From positions 583,183,999 through 583,247,998 of the forward strand of contig NC_058131.1 of the NCBI RefSeq assembly GCF_016433145.1: DNA of 64,000 nt, written 5' to 3'. This stretch comes from Gracilinanus agilis. Taxonomy: Eukaryota. The notes below the pieces were generated by a model. That model did no database searches. It saw nothing but the letters and a program-made list of their open reading frames with translations, and was not told the origin of the DNA. Shown here in pieces: positions 24,711 to 37,400 of the stretch. A program made the translations under genes and the position numbers. Every line of letters starts with the position of its first letter. Within the stretch, counting starts at the first letter, position 1.

Positions 24711-26391
24711 CCTGGTTTGGGGTGGACAGTGGGGGGTCGAGGGAGAGGGATAAACAAAAGGAGATCTAAACTCCCAAAGTTTGAAATACGAAAACATGAG
24801 TCTGTCTGAGAATAACTTGAGTTATAAGGCACAGTTTTGTGCAAGAAATGCAGTTTCATTGCTTTCAAACGGATACTAAATAAATGAAGTAGATTAATGG
24901 AAAAAAGTATTAGTCTCAAGTCCTACTCATTATGCTACATTCACTCAGAAACAAAAATCCTTGAGCACAGACTTTATTGCTAGGCTATATGAAGTTGAAG
25001 AACTGTGGAAAGAATCCCTAATTAATTGAGAAGTCTTTTACAAACAGGTACGGTCTGAAAAATTTGGAGAGAAAAAAGTTTGAATCATTTACTGAATAAA
25101 AAAAAAATCACTCACCTGATGATCACAGATTCAGAACCGGCAGGATCCAGATGAATGAAGATATAGTACGAATTATTCTAACTTCTTTAAAGCAAGTTAT
25201 TGGACAGGTATGGGCAATTTTTTAAACTAGAATTTCAATAGGGTGTACTTGATAACTTGATAGTGGGAGTGGGGCACAGAGCAGTAGCCCAGGAGATCAC
25301 TGGTCAAATCTCGTGCTCAGGCTTGCAGGTATAATGACTGAACTAAGTCCAAGGAAGAAAGATGGTGTTTGAAAAGATTTCTATTCTATAGATAGAAAGA
25401 GAGACAGACAGACAGACAGCAGCATATATATATGCAGTATATATGGCAGTATATGACATATGTGGCAATGCAAGAGCTGCCTTCTTCCCCAGAAGCAGGA
25501 GCCTTAGCCTAGAAAATATAATGACAGAAGGAATAAGGATCAGAGATCCGTGTCCTCTCCCCTCTACTGTGAGCACTGATCCTGTTCTGCCCCTCTTGGA
25601 TTCTTTGAGTCCCATTAGACACAACTCCTAGCACAGATTCCAAAGCTGGGTTCCCTTTATGCTGTGAAGGGGTAGGGATGACCGGGTCTGTGTTCAGGAG
25701 TTACTGATCAGAATCATTCCTCCTATCAATGAGATCATAGTGCGACACTTTGTTTGATGGAAACTAAAGCGTACGTCCACAGAGGATGTGGCCATGCTCA
25801 CTGGCAGCACACCAATTTTTACAGTTTCAGAGATGGTGTTTTCCACTTAAGTTTATTTTTGTTTTTATTTGGGGGTTTTGATTTTACATGGATTTTCTCT
25901 TACAATAATGACTGACATGGAAGTAAGTTTTGCATGATAACAGATGTATAACTCAGGTCAAATTGCCTACCTTCTTCCAGAAGAGGAGAGGGAGACGATT
26001 TGGATCTTATAATTTTGGGGGAAATATGCTGAAAATTATTGTTACCTGGAATTAGGAAGATAAAATATCAAAAAAAGACACATGGACCATAAAAGTCATC
26101 TAGTCTATTATGTCTTTGAAATGTCCAGACTACAGCAGAACAGATTATTCTAGGGGGAAAGGGATTTCTCCCTTCTCTTTCCCCTGCCCCTGCCAAGTAG
26201 CAGCAATGGTGATTTATAGCAGAAGTATAGGGTGGTGGGAGACATCTACTAGCATGTAACTAGAGAGGGAAGTTTAAGAATAGTTTCCGAAAACTGGGGA
26301 ATAACTAAATAAATTGTATATATGATGGTAGTGGAATACTAGTGTGCTGTGAAGAATGATGAACAAGATGATTTCAGAAAGGGATGGAAAG

Positions 26392-26612
26392 GGGGGCAGC
26401 TGGGTAGCTCAGTGGATTGGAGAGCCAGGCCTGGAGATGGGAGGTCCTTGGTTCAAATCTGGCCTCAGACACTTCCCAGCTGTGTGACCCTGGGCAAGTC
26501 ACTTGACCCCCATTGCCTACCCTTACCACTCTTCTGCCTTGGAGCCAATACATAATATTGACTCCAAGATGGAAGGCAAGGGTTTAAAAAAAAAAAAAGA
26601 AAAGAAAAAGAA
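26392..26612 (+). mobile_element. SINE1_Mdo-type SINE
   Basis: Consensus match. Confidence 0.92.
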
Positions 26613-26752
26613 AGGCTGGAAACACCTATGTGAACTGATACAAAGTGAAATAAGCAGAATGAGGAGAACATTATACACAGTAACTGCAATAATTTGTAAT
26701 GATCACTTTGCTACTAACAGCAATATAATGATCCAGGACAATTTTGAGGGAC

Positions 26753-27048
26753 TTTTTTTTTTTAAACCCTTATCTTCCATCTTGGAGTCAATACTGTGTA
26801 TTTCAACTGGTCTCTCCAAGACCTGTGATACTACCCTGTGGTTTAGACTCCTCATGGAAAATAAACATACTTTGTGGATTGCTCTCCAAGCAAAACTCCA
26901 AGGCAGAAGAGTGGTAAGGGCTAGGCAATGGGGGCCAAGTGACTTGCCCAGGGTCACACAGCTGGGAAGTGTCTGAGACCAGATTTGAACCCAGGACCTC
27001 CTATCTCTAGGCCTGGCTCTCAAGCCACTGAGCCACCCAGCTGCCCCC
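26753..27048 (-). mobile_element. SINE1_Mdo-type SINE containing a 98-bp non-SINE insertion
   Basis: TSD ttgagggacttt. SINE sequence is interrupted at 26801-26898. Confidence 0.9.
26801..26898 (-). repeat. Inverted copy of 27577-27674 (97/98 identical)
   Basis: Direct reverse-complement alignment. Also visible as a shared peptide in ORFs 26703-27080(-) and 27554-27823(+). Confidence 0.95.
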
Positions 27049-27719
27049 TTGAGGGACTTTTGACAAAGAATGCTTTCCACCTCCAGAGAAAAACTGTTGG
27101 AGTAGAAATAAAGATGAAAACATATGATTTATCACTTGTTTGTTTGGGTATATGTTTTGATGTTTTGGTTTTATAAGATTATTCACTTACAAAAATGAAT
27201 GTATAACCCAGATTGAATTACTAGTCAGCTCCAGGAGAAAGGAAGAAGGGAAGGAGACAATATGGAAAGCTTATGTGGAGATTTGTTATTAAAATTTTTT
27301 TAATTTTTTAAAAATAGTTTCTGAACAAGTTTTTCTTGCATATTGGAGGGGGCTTTAAAATCCCAAGACTGTGAGATCACAGAATCTAGCTTTATGGCAC
27401 AGGAAGATTTTCTAAACAGCAAGCCCTTTGGAATTTACTTCTTGTTTTTAGAGAAAGATTTACCTTATGCTGTAAGCTCCTTGGGGTGAAAAAAAGAGGA
27501 AAGGTCGCATAGCTCCTGTGCAGTTCTAATCAGAGAACAAAGACAAGAGTTTCTTGGCCGGTGCTAGTCTGATGAAGAGTTTTGCTTGGAGAGCAGTCCA
27601 CAAAGTATGTTTATTTTCCATGAGGAGTCTAAACCACAGGGTAGTATCACAGGTCTTGGAGAGACCAGTTGAAAGAAGATTCTTCAAAATGTCAAAGGGC
27701 TGTCACAATAACAACAGTC

Positions 27720-28770
27720 AGACAGTTTGTTATCAAACATTTAGTAAGTATCTTATTCTGTGCAAGCCTTGGAGATGCAAAGAAAGACAAAAATCACTTA
27801 CAAGGAGCCTACAGTTTAATTAGGGAGACAACCTGGAAATAATTATACACAAATAAATATATGTAGGATAAATTATTTCAAAGGAAAGGTACTAAGATTA
27901 AGGAGGGGTTAGGAAAGGTTTCTCATAGAAGTGGGACTTGGGCTGAGCCTGGAAGAAATCCAAGGAAATGAGAAAGAGGAAATGAAGAGGAAGAAAGTTC
28001 CAACTATGGGATAACCAGTGAAGATATTTAAAGCTAGGGCAGCTAGGGAGACAGAGTGCCAGGCATGGAGTCCAGAGGACCTGGGTTTGAATCTAACTTC
28101 AGATATACTTTCCTCTCTGACTCTGGGTAAATCATTTGATCACAATTGCCTAGCCCTTGCCCCTCTTCTGTCTTAGAATTGATACTAAGACAGAAGGGTC
28201 TTAAAAAAAATGCTTGAAGTTGAGAGATGAAGAATGATGAATTAAAGATGAAGAATTAAATGAGGAATAACAATGAGGCCAGTCATTGGATCTCAGAGTA
28301 GATAGAGAGGAATAAAGTGTTAGATGGAAAAGGTAGGAAAGTGTCGAGTTATAAAAGAACCAAACAGAAGATTTTGGATGTGATTACAGGGAGTCATAGA
28401 AAACCATTGGAATTCATTAAGTAAAGGGATGGTTGGACCTATACTTTAAGAAGACCAATTTGACAACCGAATGGAAAATGGAATGGAGGGGAGACCATCC
28501 AAGGAGGCTATTTCGATAGTCCAAACAGAAAGTGATGAGGCGTTGGAGACAGTATTAGAGGAGGGAAAGGGGAGTAAACGAAATGTGAGAAAGACATTAT
28601 TGGTAAGACATGGCAATTGATTGGATATGAGGAAGAAAAGGGTAGAAGAGTGAGGAACCTGAGTGAATGGGAAGATGGTGGTGCCCTCAACAGTAATAAG
28701 GAAGCTTCAAAGGAGGGAGGGTTTGGGGAAGAAGATAAGTTCAGTTTGAAGATGTTGAGTTTAAAACTTA
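27720..28770 (+). mobile_element. L2 fragments with an embedded older SINE (~28025-28210)
   Basis: aaacatttagtaagtatc... and purine-rich L2 body. Confidence 0.6.
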
Positions 28771-28993
28771 ATCCCAAATTTAGTCCTTTTTCAGGTGGAG
28801 CTGATGAGCTATTTATGACTGTGTCTCTTCAAAGGTTCCCTCGAGTTCTTTTGCCTTTTACACATTTTCTTTGGGGGGCAAATAAAAGTTCTCCATACCT
28901 GGGTAGATGATGCAATGGACAGAGTGCTAGGTCTGGAGCCAGAAAGATCTGGATTCAAAACCAGTTTCAGACACTTACTGTGTTACTCTGGAC

Positions 28994-29187
28994 CAGTGGC
29001 TCCCAGATTTTTTTTTGCCTACTGCCCCTTTTCCAGAAAAAATATTACTTAGCCCCCTGGAAATTAATTTTTAAAAAATTTTAATAGCAATTAATAGGAA
29101 AAATAAATGCACCTGTGGGCCATCACCACTCCCTGGATCGCTGCAGCACCCACCAGGGGGTGGTGGCGCCCACTTTGGGAATCACTG
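28994..29187 (+). mobile_element. hAT MITE (same family as 20109) inserted in a MIR (~28905-29370)
   Basis: TSD CTCTGGAC/CTTTGGAC. Shared internal text cttttccagaaaaaatattacttag. Confidence 0.9.
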
Positions 29188-29748
29188 CTTTGGACAAATC
29201 AATTAATCACTATTTGGCTCAGTTCTCTCAATTGTAAAATGAGGATAATAATAGCACCTATTTCATTATTACCTATCACATTATAGTGATATTATAAGAA
29301 TCAAATGAGATGATATTTGCAAAGTACCTATCACACAAGAGGCAGTATCAAAATGCTTATTTCCTTCCTCTTCTGTTCTCCTTCTCTCCAAAACCATAAT
29401 CACTCATTGAGTGATTATATGGGGCTGCTGTAATCCACATTTGGGAGTAACCTAGACTTAAGCTCTACCTAAGTTTTATTTTAGAGACTTCCCAGAAATA
29501 AATTCCAAGATGAGAGCAACAAGCCAGAAAATGACCTTTTGGGATCAGGCCCCCCAGAGTCTTTAGAGGGTCCCTCACTAAAACACATCAGGCAAAGTAT
29601 TAGAGGGACCTAGAATGCCACTCTTTCTAGCTAGTGACTTTAGAAAGAATATCAACCACATGTTTTGGAAAGAACAGAGATCAGAAACTTATTTTTCTAA
29701 CCTTTCTTCCATCTTAAACTATGTATTCTTTCCAAGATATGGCAAGAG

Positions 29749-29930
29749 CACTGATGGGCAAACTACAGTCTGATAGGGGCCCCTGAAATGTTCTATCAAG
29801 CCCTGTGACATTATTCCTAATCTGACAAATACAATGAGTAGGATACAATACAATGAAACTTAGAAACAGATGGACAGATGAGCATTTCCTTTCCTTTGGC
29901 CCCCTCTTTAAAAAAGTTTGACCATCACTG
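29749..29930 (+). mobile_element. hAT MITE (TIR CA[C]TGATGGGCAAACT / AGTTTGACCATCACTG) inserted in a minus-strand SINE1-type element (~29690-30066)
   Basis: Flanks GGCAAGAG/GGCAAGGA (6/8). SINE sequence resumes on both sides. Confidence 0.85.
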
Positions 29931-30259
29931 GGCAAGGATTAGGAAACTGGGGTTAAGTGATACTACTTGGGTCACACAACTAGGAAGTATGTGAGGCCAG
30001 ATTTGAACCCAGGATATCTCATTTCTAGGTCTGGCTCTCTGTCCACTGAGCTACCTAGCTGCCCTGGGATCATCAACTTTTGAAGGGAGAAGCATCATTA
30101 GTTATACTTTTGGACTACAAAAATGATAGAATCAGAGAATTCTGGAATTTAAATTTGGTGGTCATCCAGTTGAGTTCATAAACAAAAATGAATCCTTTAT
30201 ATTATCCTGATTGCAAGTGGCATTACTCGTGGTAACTAAAAGAAAAGAAAATGGTTTCT

Positions 30260-30720
30260 TGAACAAATGCTTGAAATGCCTTTATTTTTAATAATTTTTT
30301 ATGAATTGTTTTAGGTTTTTTACATTATCAGAATTTTTCCCAGCATCCTCCCTCCTCCCAAAGAGCCATCCCATGCAACAAATAATTTTAAAGAAAAAAA
30401 AAGATCAAAAAAACATTTAAAATCAACAAAACCAATCAATGCATCAAAAAAAGTCTGAAAATGTATGCAATGAACTACACTGTGGATCTCCCTTGCGAAG
30501 GGGGTACAGTGAGATTGTCTTCTCATAGCAAAGCCATGTTTGATCTTTGTAATTTTGCAATATTCATTTTTTGGTGGTTTTTCTTTCCATTTACCTTGCT
30601 GTTGTCATTTTGTATATTGTTTTCTTGGCTGTTTACTCTGTATCATATTATGTCAATCTTTCATTTCTTCTTTGTATTCTTCATATTTATAATTTCTTAT
30701 AGCACAGTAAGACAACTGGG
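30260..30720 (-). mobile_element. L1 3' end
   Basis: ttttacattatcag...cccagcatcctccctcc...tgtatgcaatg typical of reverse L1 3' ends. Confidence 0.7.
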
Positions 30721-31099
30721 TCTCAATTAGTGCATGTGCTGAACACCCCCGAGATGGCCAAAGTATTCTAATTTTCAATATTTGAAGTTATAATTATATG
30801 AAATATGGTCATTTGTTTGAACTCAATGGATATATGCAGTTCAAATTCAAATAATGCAATCACTTCACAGGATCCAGGATTCACATCTAGTTATATTTCC
30901 TTACATTTATGTAATACAATTTCTTTAACCATCCTCCAAATGATAGTTATCTACTTTATTTCTAATTCTTTGCGATCACATAAAGGGTTGCTGTAAATCT
31001 TTTAGACACACAATTTTGCATTCTTTGTTTCATTTTTTAAAAAATAATTTTGCTAAGGGTAAACTGAAAGCCAAAAATACATATAATTAAGAATTTAGC

Positions 31100-33560
31100 A
31101 GTGAACTTTTAAAGATCTGTGATTTTACTAATATAGATAACTGATTTAAAAAGCAGCAAGGAAAATCAAATTGACAAAATAAAAGTTAAACAAAGTAAAA
31201 TCACAACAGAGCTAAAAGAAAAAAATCAATTATCAGTCTATCATACATAATTATATGCTAGCAAAACCAAGAATTTAAGAGAAATGGTGAACTACCTACA
31301 AAAATGTAAAATATCTGAATTAACAGAACATTAGCAATCATATAACATCCAATCTCAGAATATAATATTGAACAAGTCATAAAAGCACCATGGAATAGGG
31401 AAACCCCTAGTTCAGACAGATTTTCAAGTGAATTTTACCAAATACTTGAAGCACAATTCCTAGACCACATAAATCATTAGAGAGAAACAGAAACAGAAAC
31501 AGACAGGGGTGCGGTAGGAGGAACATTGTATCATACTCTTTTTATGAGAAAAATACAGTCCAAATACTTGAACCAGGGGTAAAGAAGGCAAAGAAAGAGA
31601 ATTATAAAGCAATTATCACTAATGAATAATGACGAAAAATACTACCCGAAAGATTACAGCAATATATATTTTAAAAATCCACTGATGAAATTGGATTTAT
31701 ACCAAGGATGCTTCAACATTAGGAAAGCTAATCTCATAATGAATCATTAATAAAAAAAAAAAAAAACACCTAAAATCACATGCTTAGATCCATAGACAAA
31801 GAAATTCTTTGATAATATACCATATTTATTTATGCTAAAAGTTTTTTTAAAAATACAAAGAAAAGGGCCATTTTAATGATATAATAGTATATATAATATA
31901 TGTAGGTAGTTAAGAACAATTATATAAAAGTAGTGAAATATAAATATATAATTTTAATATGATATAATAGTATATGTAAATATTTAATTATATATAAATA
32001 TATGCACACCCATATATTTATGGAGTTATTTGTAACAGGAAAACACTAGAAGTTTTTCACAGTGGGTAGAATAGTAAAACAAAAATGCTTCTTTCCATGA
32101 TTATTTTACAATTCTGGAAATAGCAAGTATAGCCTAAGACAATAAAAAGAAATTAAAAGTAGAAGGAANCTCCCAACAGGGATGTTGTGAGGATCAAATG
32201 AGATATTTGTGAAGTGTTCTGCAAATGGTATGATGCTATATAAGTCCTAGTTATTGTTGTTATTGTAGAAGTTGGCATGGCATGGGCACTTCCTAGGCCT
32301 CCCAGAAGTAATTAACAATCATAATGGGGCAAAACTGAGATGCTTGGGAGAGGAATTGTTCTGGNNNNNNNNNNNNNNNNNNNNNNNNNNNNNNNNNNNN
32401 NNNNNNNNNNNNNNNNNNNNNNNNNNNNNNNNNNNNNNNNNNNNNNNNNNNNNNNNNNNNNNNNNNNNNNNNNNNNNNNNNNNNNNNNNNNNNNNNNNNN
32501 NNNNNNNNNNNNNNNNNNNNNNNNNNNNNNNNNNNNNNNNNNNNNNNNNNNNNNNNNNNNNNNNNNNNNNGCCCTATTTGAAGATGGCATGATTTATTTA
32601 GAAAAATTCAGAGAATCATGAACAAAAATAATTGCAACAATTAATAGCTTTGGTAAAGTCCATAACTCCATGGAACACTTCTCTACATTCTTCCTGACCT
32701 CTTCTAATCATGGAAATGCCTCTATCCCTGAGACACATTACTGAATATCTCCCTGAATCTCCATTTGAAAAAAAAGCATCCACAAACAGCTATGATTCAC
32801 TCTTCAAAACCAAACCAGATCACGACTTGGCAGACTATTTCTCTCCCTTTCCCCAACATGGATACCTTTCCTGCATCCTATTTTTCAACTCCCTTTTGTG
32901 TGTTGTCTTTGCTCACTAGAATCTAAGCCCCTGAAGGCAGGAACTATCTTTCTCCTTGTTTGCATTTATATTCCCCGTACTAAGTACAATGCAGGGCACA
33001 TAAATGTTCTAGCTAACTAGCTGTGCGTCTACCCATCAAATACAAAATTAATATACAAATATTGTAAGCATTTCTATGTATCAATAACAAAATCCAGAAG
33101 AAACCAATAATAAAAAGGGATCTCATCCAAAATAACTACAAAATGCATAAAATCTCTGGTACTAGATCTACCAAGATATACTGAAAACTTAAAAAGCATT
33201 CTTTAAATAAATAAATAATAATAACTGGAGGGCTCTTCATTGCTCATTGGTAGATTACATCAATATAATGAAATTGATGTAGTTAAAATTAATCTGCAAA
33301 CAGTGCTATACCAAACTTCAAAGAAGGTAATGTTTACATAAATAATAACAAAAGTAATTGAATAGAATCAATGGTCCAGAATCTCAAGGGAAATTATGAA
33401 AAAGAGGAATTCAGGGCAAATATATTTTCATATCTCAAATTATGTTTTAATTAATAAAACAATTTGATATTTTAAATCAATAGAATACTGTATAATCAAT
33501 AATTAGAAATAATAAAATTCAAGAAACTAATGTTCAATTAATACAAAAACTACTTGAGAA
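31100..33560 (+). mobile_element. Old, decayed L1 ORF2 region (spans a gap)
   Basis: cagacagattttcaagtgaattttacca, ttggatttataccaaggatg, gatggcatgatttatttagaaaa. Confidence 0.75.
32365..32570. other. Assembly gap (206 N); a single N also at 32169
   Basis: N run. Confidence 1.
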
Positions 33561-34139
33561 GAATACTTATTTGACTGAAACATTGAAAAACTGGAAAATT
33601 GTTGGAAAGAAGTTCCTGGAGAGAAATTATCACAGCATCTCATAGGGTATAAAAGGTGACACCATGAAGAAAAAAAGATAGTAAATTCAGGATTAAACGT
33701 GGTGGTCCTGGAAAAGAGTTGGGGGAAAATGCACCTTCCTCCCTTCATTGCAAGGTAAGGTACTATTTTGTGGAATGTTGTACAGAGTGATATGTGAATT
33801 TTTAGGGTAAGCAATGATTTTGACATTTCATTTGGAGACAGCAATGGTCATGTATGTATATTTCTACTGACTCAGATTATGTGATCTTGATGACACTGGA
33901 GCTAGCTGATTCAAGGTCACTAACCTGGAAGAGGGTTTTTGTTCTTGTTTGATTGATTGATCTATTTTTACATTTTCAAATCACGTACATGCATTTTATA
34001 TATTTATTAAATGATTTATTTTTTACTGAGATATGAAGAAAATATTAAAAAAAAAAACAGAAATCAGATGTCAACTGAGAGGGACAACTCTTACTTAGTT
34101 GTGGAGTCTTGGACTGGGTCGTAACAATGGTGCCCTGTA

Positions 34140-35270
34140 TAGCTCATCAAAAATAATACTGTCTTGGGGCAGCTGGGTAGCTCAGTGGATTGAGAGTCAG
34201 GCCTAGAGATGGGAGGTCCTAGGTTCAAATCCGACCTCAGACACTTCCCAGCTGTGTGACCCTGGGCAAGTCACTTGACCCCCATTGCCTAGCCCTTACC
34301 ACTCTTCCACCTAGGAGCCAATACACAGAAGTTAAGGGTTTAAAAATGTAAAATAATAATAATAATAATATTGTCCTAAATTTCATGTTTTATAAATAAA
34401 AATATCATTAGGACACATATTTTAATACACATGCAATTTCCTCATTGCTGTATTGTCAAAAGTTTGGATTCTATTGGACTTGCCTTGCCAATTTGTACTG
34501 AATTTGTTGAACATTTGAAAGGGAATTGATTTTTTTCCATTTTCTCAAAAAAAATCCTCACTTTTATTTAGTTCTTTGTCAGTTGATTGTGAGTTTCATG
34601 AAATTTCATGCATTATGTTGCTTTCTTTTCTTTTGATTTTAATTGTGCTGTTTAAAAAATGGATGTCATTTTTAAGAAAGTCTACAAAAGTTTCTTAAAG
34701 AGTATCTTTTTATGACTATTAGAGATATAGCAAAAGTTGCTGGCATTGGGGAAAACAAGTATTTCAAAAGTAATTCAAGTCCAAAATGAAACAAGATCAA
34801 CTAAATGAAAGGTCAACATGTTGTCTAAAATGAAAAACAAGAACTGACAAATGACCACTGGAAAAAACAGCCTAATTAATCCTCAGAAAAATAAGCAAAT
34901 TGAAATTTACCCAAAGGGCAATGGGAAGGTACATATTTGATATAAATAGATATGATATATTACAAATGATTATGCAAATGGAATGAAAGATATAGGCTGA
35001 TTATACAGAGAGCAAGTGGCATATTACATGCTTTACTTTTTTCCTTGTGATATCAAGAGAAAGTGAAGGCCCCTAATTTATCAAATGGACCCCTTGTGGT
35101 CAATTTGAAAGAAGATATATACAAGTTGCATAGCTTGGACTGCAATATACATTATTGGAAGGAATAGCCATAACAATGAAATCATAAGAGCAATTTCAGT
35201 AGCCATTTGGAATTTCTTACAATATTTAGCATAATGTAACTCTAAACATACTTTCTACTAAACTGCTTTC
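34140..35270 (+). mobile_element. Tc1/mariner transposon remnant (decayed transposase N-terminus); boundaries approximate
   Basis: From 34712, MTIRDIAKVAGIG/KTSISKVIQVQNETRST (one frameshift) resembles the Tc1 paired-like HTH. Confidence 0.55.
34166..34365 (+). mobile_element. SINE1_Mdo-type SINE
   Basis: Consensus match. TSD aataata(c/t)tgtc. Confidence 0.92.
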
Positions 35271-37400
35271 CAGTTGTCTCAGCCATTTTGTTTAGGTCTT
35301 TTTTCTTCTGTTGTATTAAACTTTTAAAATAATTGCTAGTAGGTACTTTAGATAATTACTACTTTATTAATATTTGGCATTCTTGTTTTCCCATATGAAT
35401 TTTTCTCTTTTGTTCAATTCTGTAAAGTAGTCCTTTGATAATCTAAATAACACTAAATCTATAAATTAGATAGTATCATTTTTAAGATGTTGGCAGTGCC
35501 CAAACCATCAGGATTGATGGTCTAATTATTCTGATCTTTATTTTCTGTAGCCATTAGTTATCTTTATATGTCCTGTGTATATTTGGCCAGTCAATCCCCT
35601 AATACTTTTGACCTTTTGGGTTATCTCAAATGGAATTTTTCTTTTTACTTGGATTTTGCAAGTAATATTCTGGTACTTCTTTTGTATGTTTGTGAAATTC
35701 TGCAACATTTGGGAAGCTCTCATCCTGATTAGTATTTTTCATTAAATTCTCTGTTTTCTAAGTAAACTATCATATCACCTGCAAATACGGATTTTTGCTT
35801 CCTTTTTGCCAATGCATATTCCACTAAGTTTTTCTTGGTCCTGTTCCTATCAGTAATATTGTTTATACCACATCAAATAATGACACTGGGAGCAAGGATG
35901 TGTTTCATTCCTAATTTTGTTGGGACAAGATTCCATTATTTCTTTATCATGATAATGCCTTTGGTTTTAGAAAAAATGCTTTTAAGAATACCTGACAAAA
36001 ATTGTTCCATTTTAATGTTTTTCAGAATTCTCAATGAGTGTTAAATTTTAGGGGTGGTTTTTTTATGAATTTGGTATGTAATGCAGGTTTTTCATTGCAA
36101 TGTTTGGCTTAGGCAAACCTGTCAGTTGCCCTGGATGGAATGTTGACCATGGCATGTGCCATGTGCCAGGTGCCAACTGGCAGTTGAACCGAGAGTATAA
36201 AAGCCCCTGGAAACCCAAGCCTGGGTTGTTTTCCCCTGACTTCACCCTGACCACTCATCTATCCCTTCCCCTGGGCCTGGGTGGTGGGAGTGAAAAGGGT
36301 TGAGGGAGGTAGATCATGGGTAGGAAATTAGAATAGCTTAGATCTTAGGACCTTCTTTAAGAGCATCTCAACAATATCTATTTTCATTATCAAAAAGATT
36401 AGCCAATAGACCTGGTCAATTACCTAACCAGAGACTGCTTTGCTCTCACTGTGGGCAGCCTGCTTTTGGTCTGCCAAGACCTCCAAGGACCATCCACTAG
36501 CTTAAGCCATTTTATCTATTACATAGGATAGTGTTACCAAACGCTCTTACCTTGCCCTATTCCTTCCCAGTTATCAATAAATTCCATAGCCTTTAACCAG
36601 ACAATCCTGTGGTTAATTCCTTACCACCAAAGACTAAGAAGGATAGGCAACAAGGAGGGAATTCTGAGCAGTTAGGACTGGCACAAGAATCCATTGCTGA
36701 GGGCAGGAAACACTACAAGCACTTCCTGCCAGTCTGCCATCATCCAAGAGGAGGCAGCTTCCTCAGCAGGGAGGGGTCCGCTGACTGACAAAGGAGTCTA
36801 GCAGCTAGCAGTGAGGTTCACTGGGCACTCAGCTTTTGGGTTTGGATTTGAACATAAAGCAAGTTCATTCCCAGCTGAATTTGCCCATACTTTCACAACA
36901 ACCAACTCCAACCTCCTGCTGGGTTTGTACGGGCTCAAGGCCCTAGTGATCCTTCTTCACCCCTCATAACAAATATTACTATGTAGTTAATGATTTTGTT
37001 GTTTTGATATTAAGCCATCCTTGTAGCCTTAGTATGAAATCCAATTTAATCACAATTTTTATTATACGCATTTTACTAGTTTATGCAAAAATTTTGCATC
37101 AATATTTACTGATATTGTTTTCTACTTCTTTTATACTGCTTTATCCCTCTTTGGTTTGGGTACTGAGTCTATATTTACCTCATAAAAGAAATTTAATACA
37201 GTATCTTTTTTCTCTATTTTTGAGAAGCAGATGCAGAATGGGGATTAACTGAACTATAGATGTTTTCTAGAATTTAGTTATAAATCTTGTCTAGTGCAGG
37301 AATTGTTTTAAGAAAAATTTATTTTCTTTTGTGACTCTCAATTTATTTCAAAGTTGTTTAAAATTTCTATCTCATTTTATATTTTTTTGAAGATATTGAC
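35270..37400 (-). mobile_element. Old L1 ORF2 remnant split by a solo LTR
   Basis: Reverse-strand RT text (ctaagtaaactatcatatcacctgcaaatacgga). Confidence 0.75.
36039..36971 (+). mobile_element. Solo LTR (~930 bp)
   Basis: TGTTA...TAACA, TATAAAAG at ~36196, AATAAA at ~36576. TSD not recovered. Confidence 0.65.

Larger units (their letters stand above)
26320..27310 (+). mobile_element. L1 3' end interrupted by two SINEs
   Basis: gatggtagtggaatactagtgtgctgtgaagaatgatgaac...tgaactgatacaaagtgaaataagcag. Confidence 0.8.
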
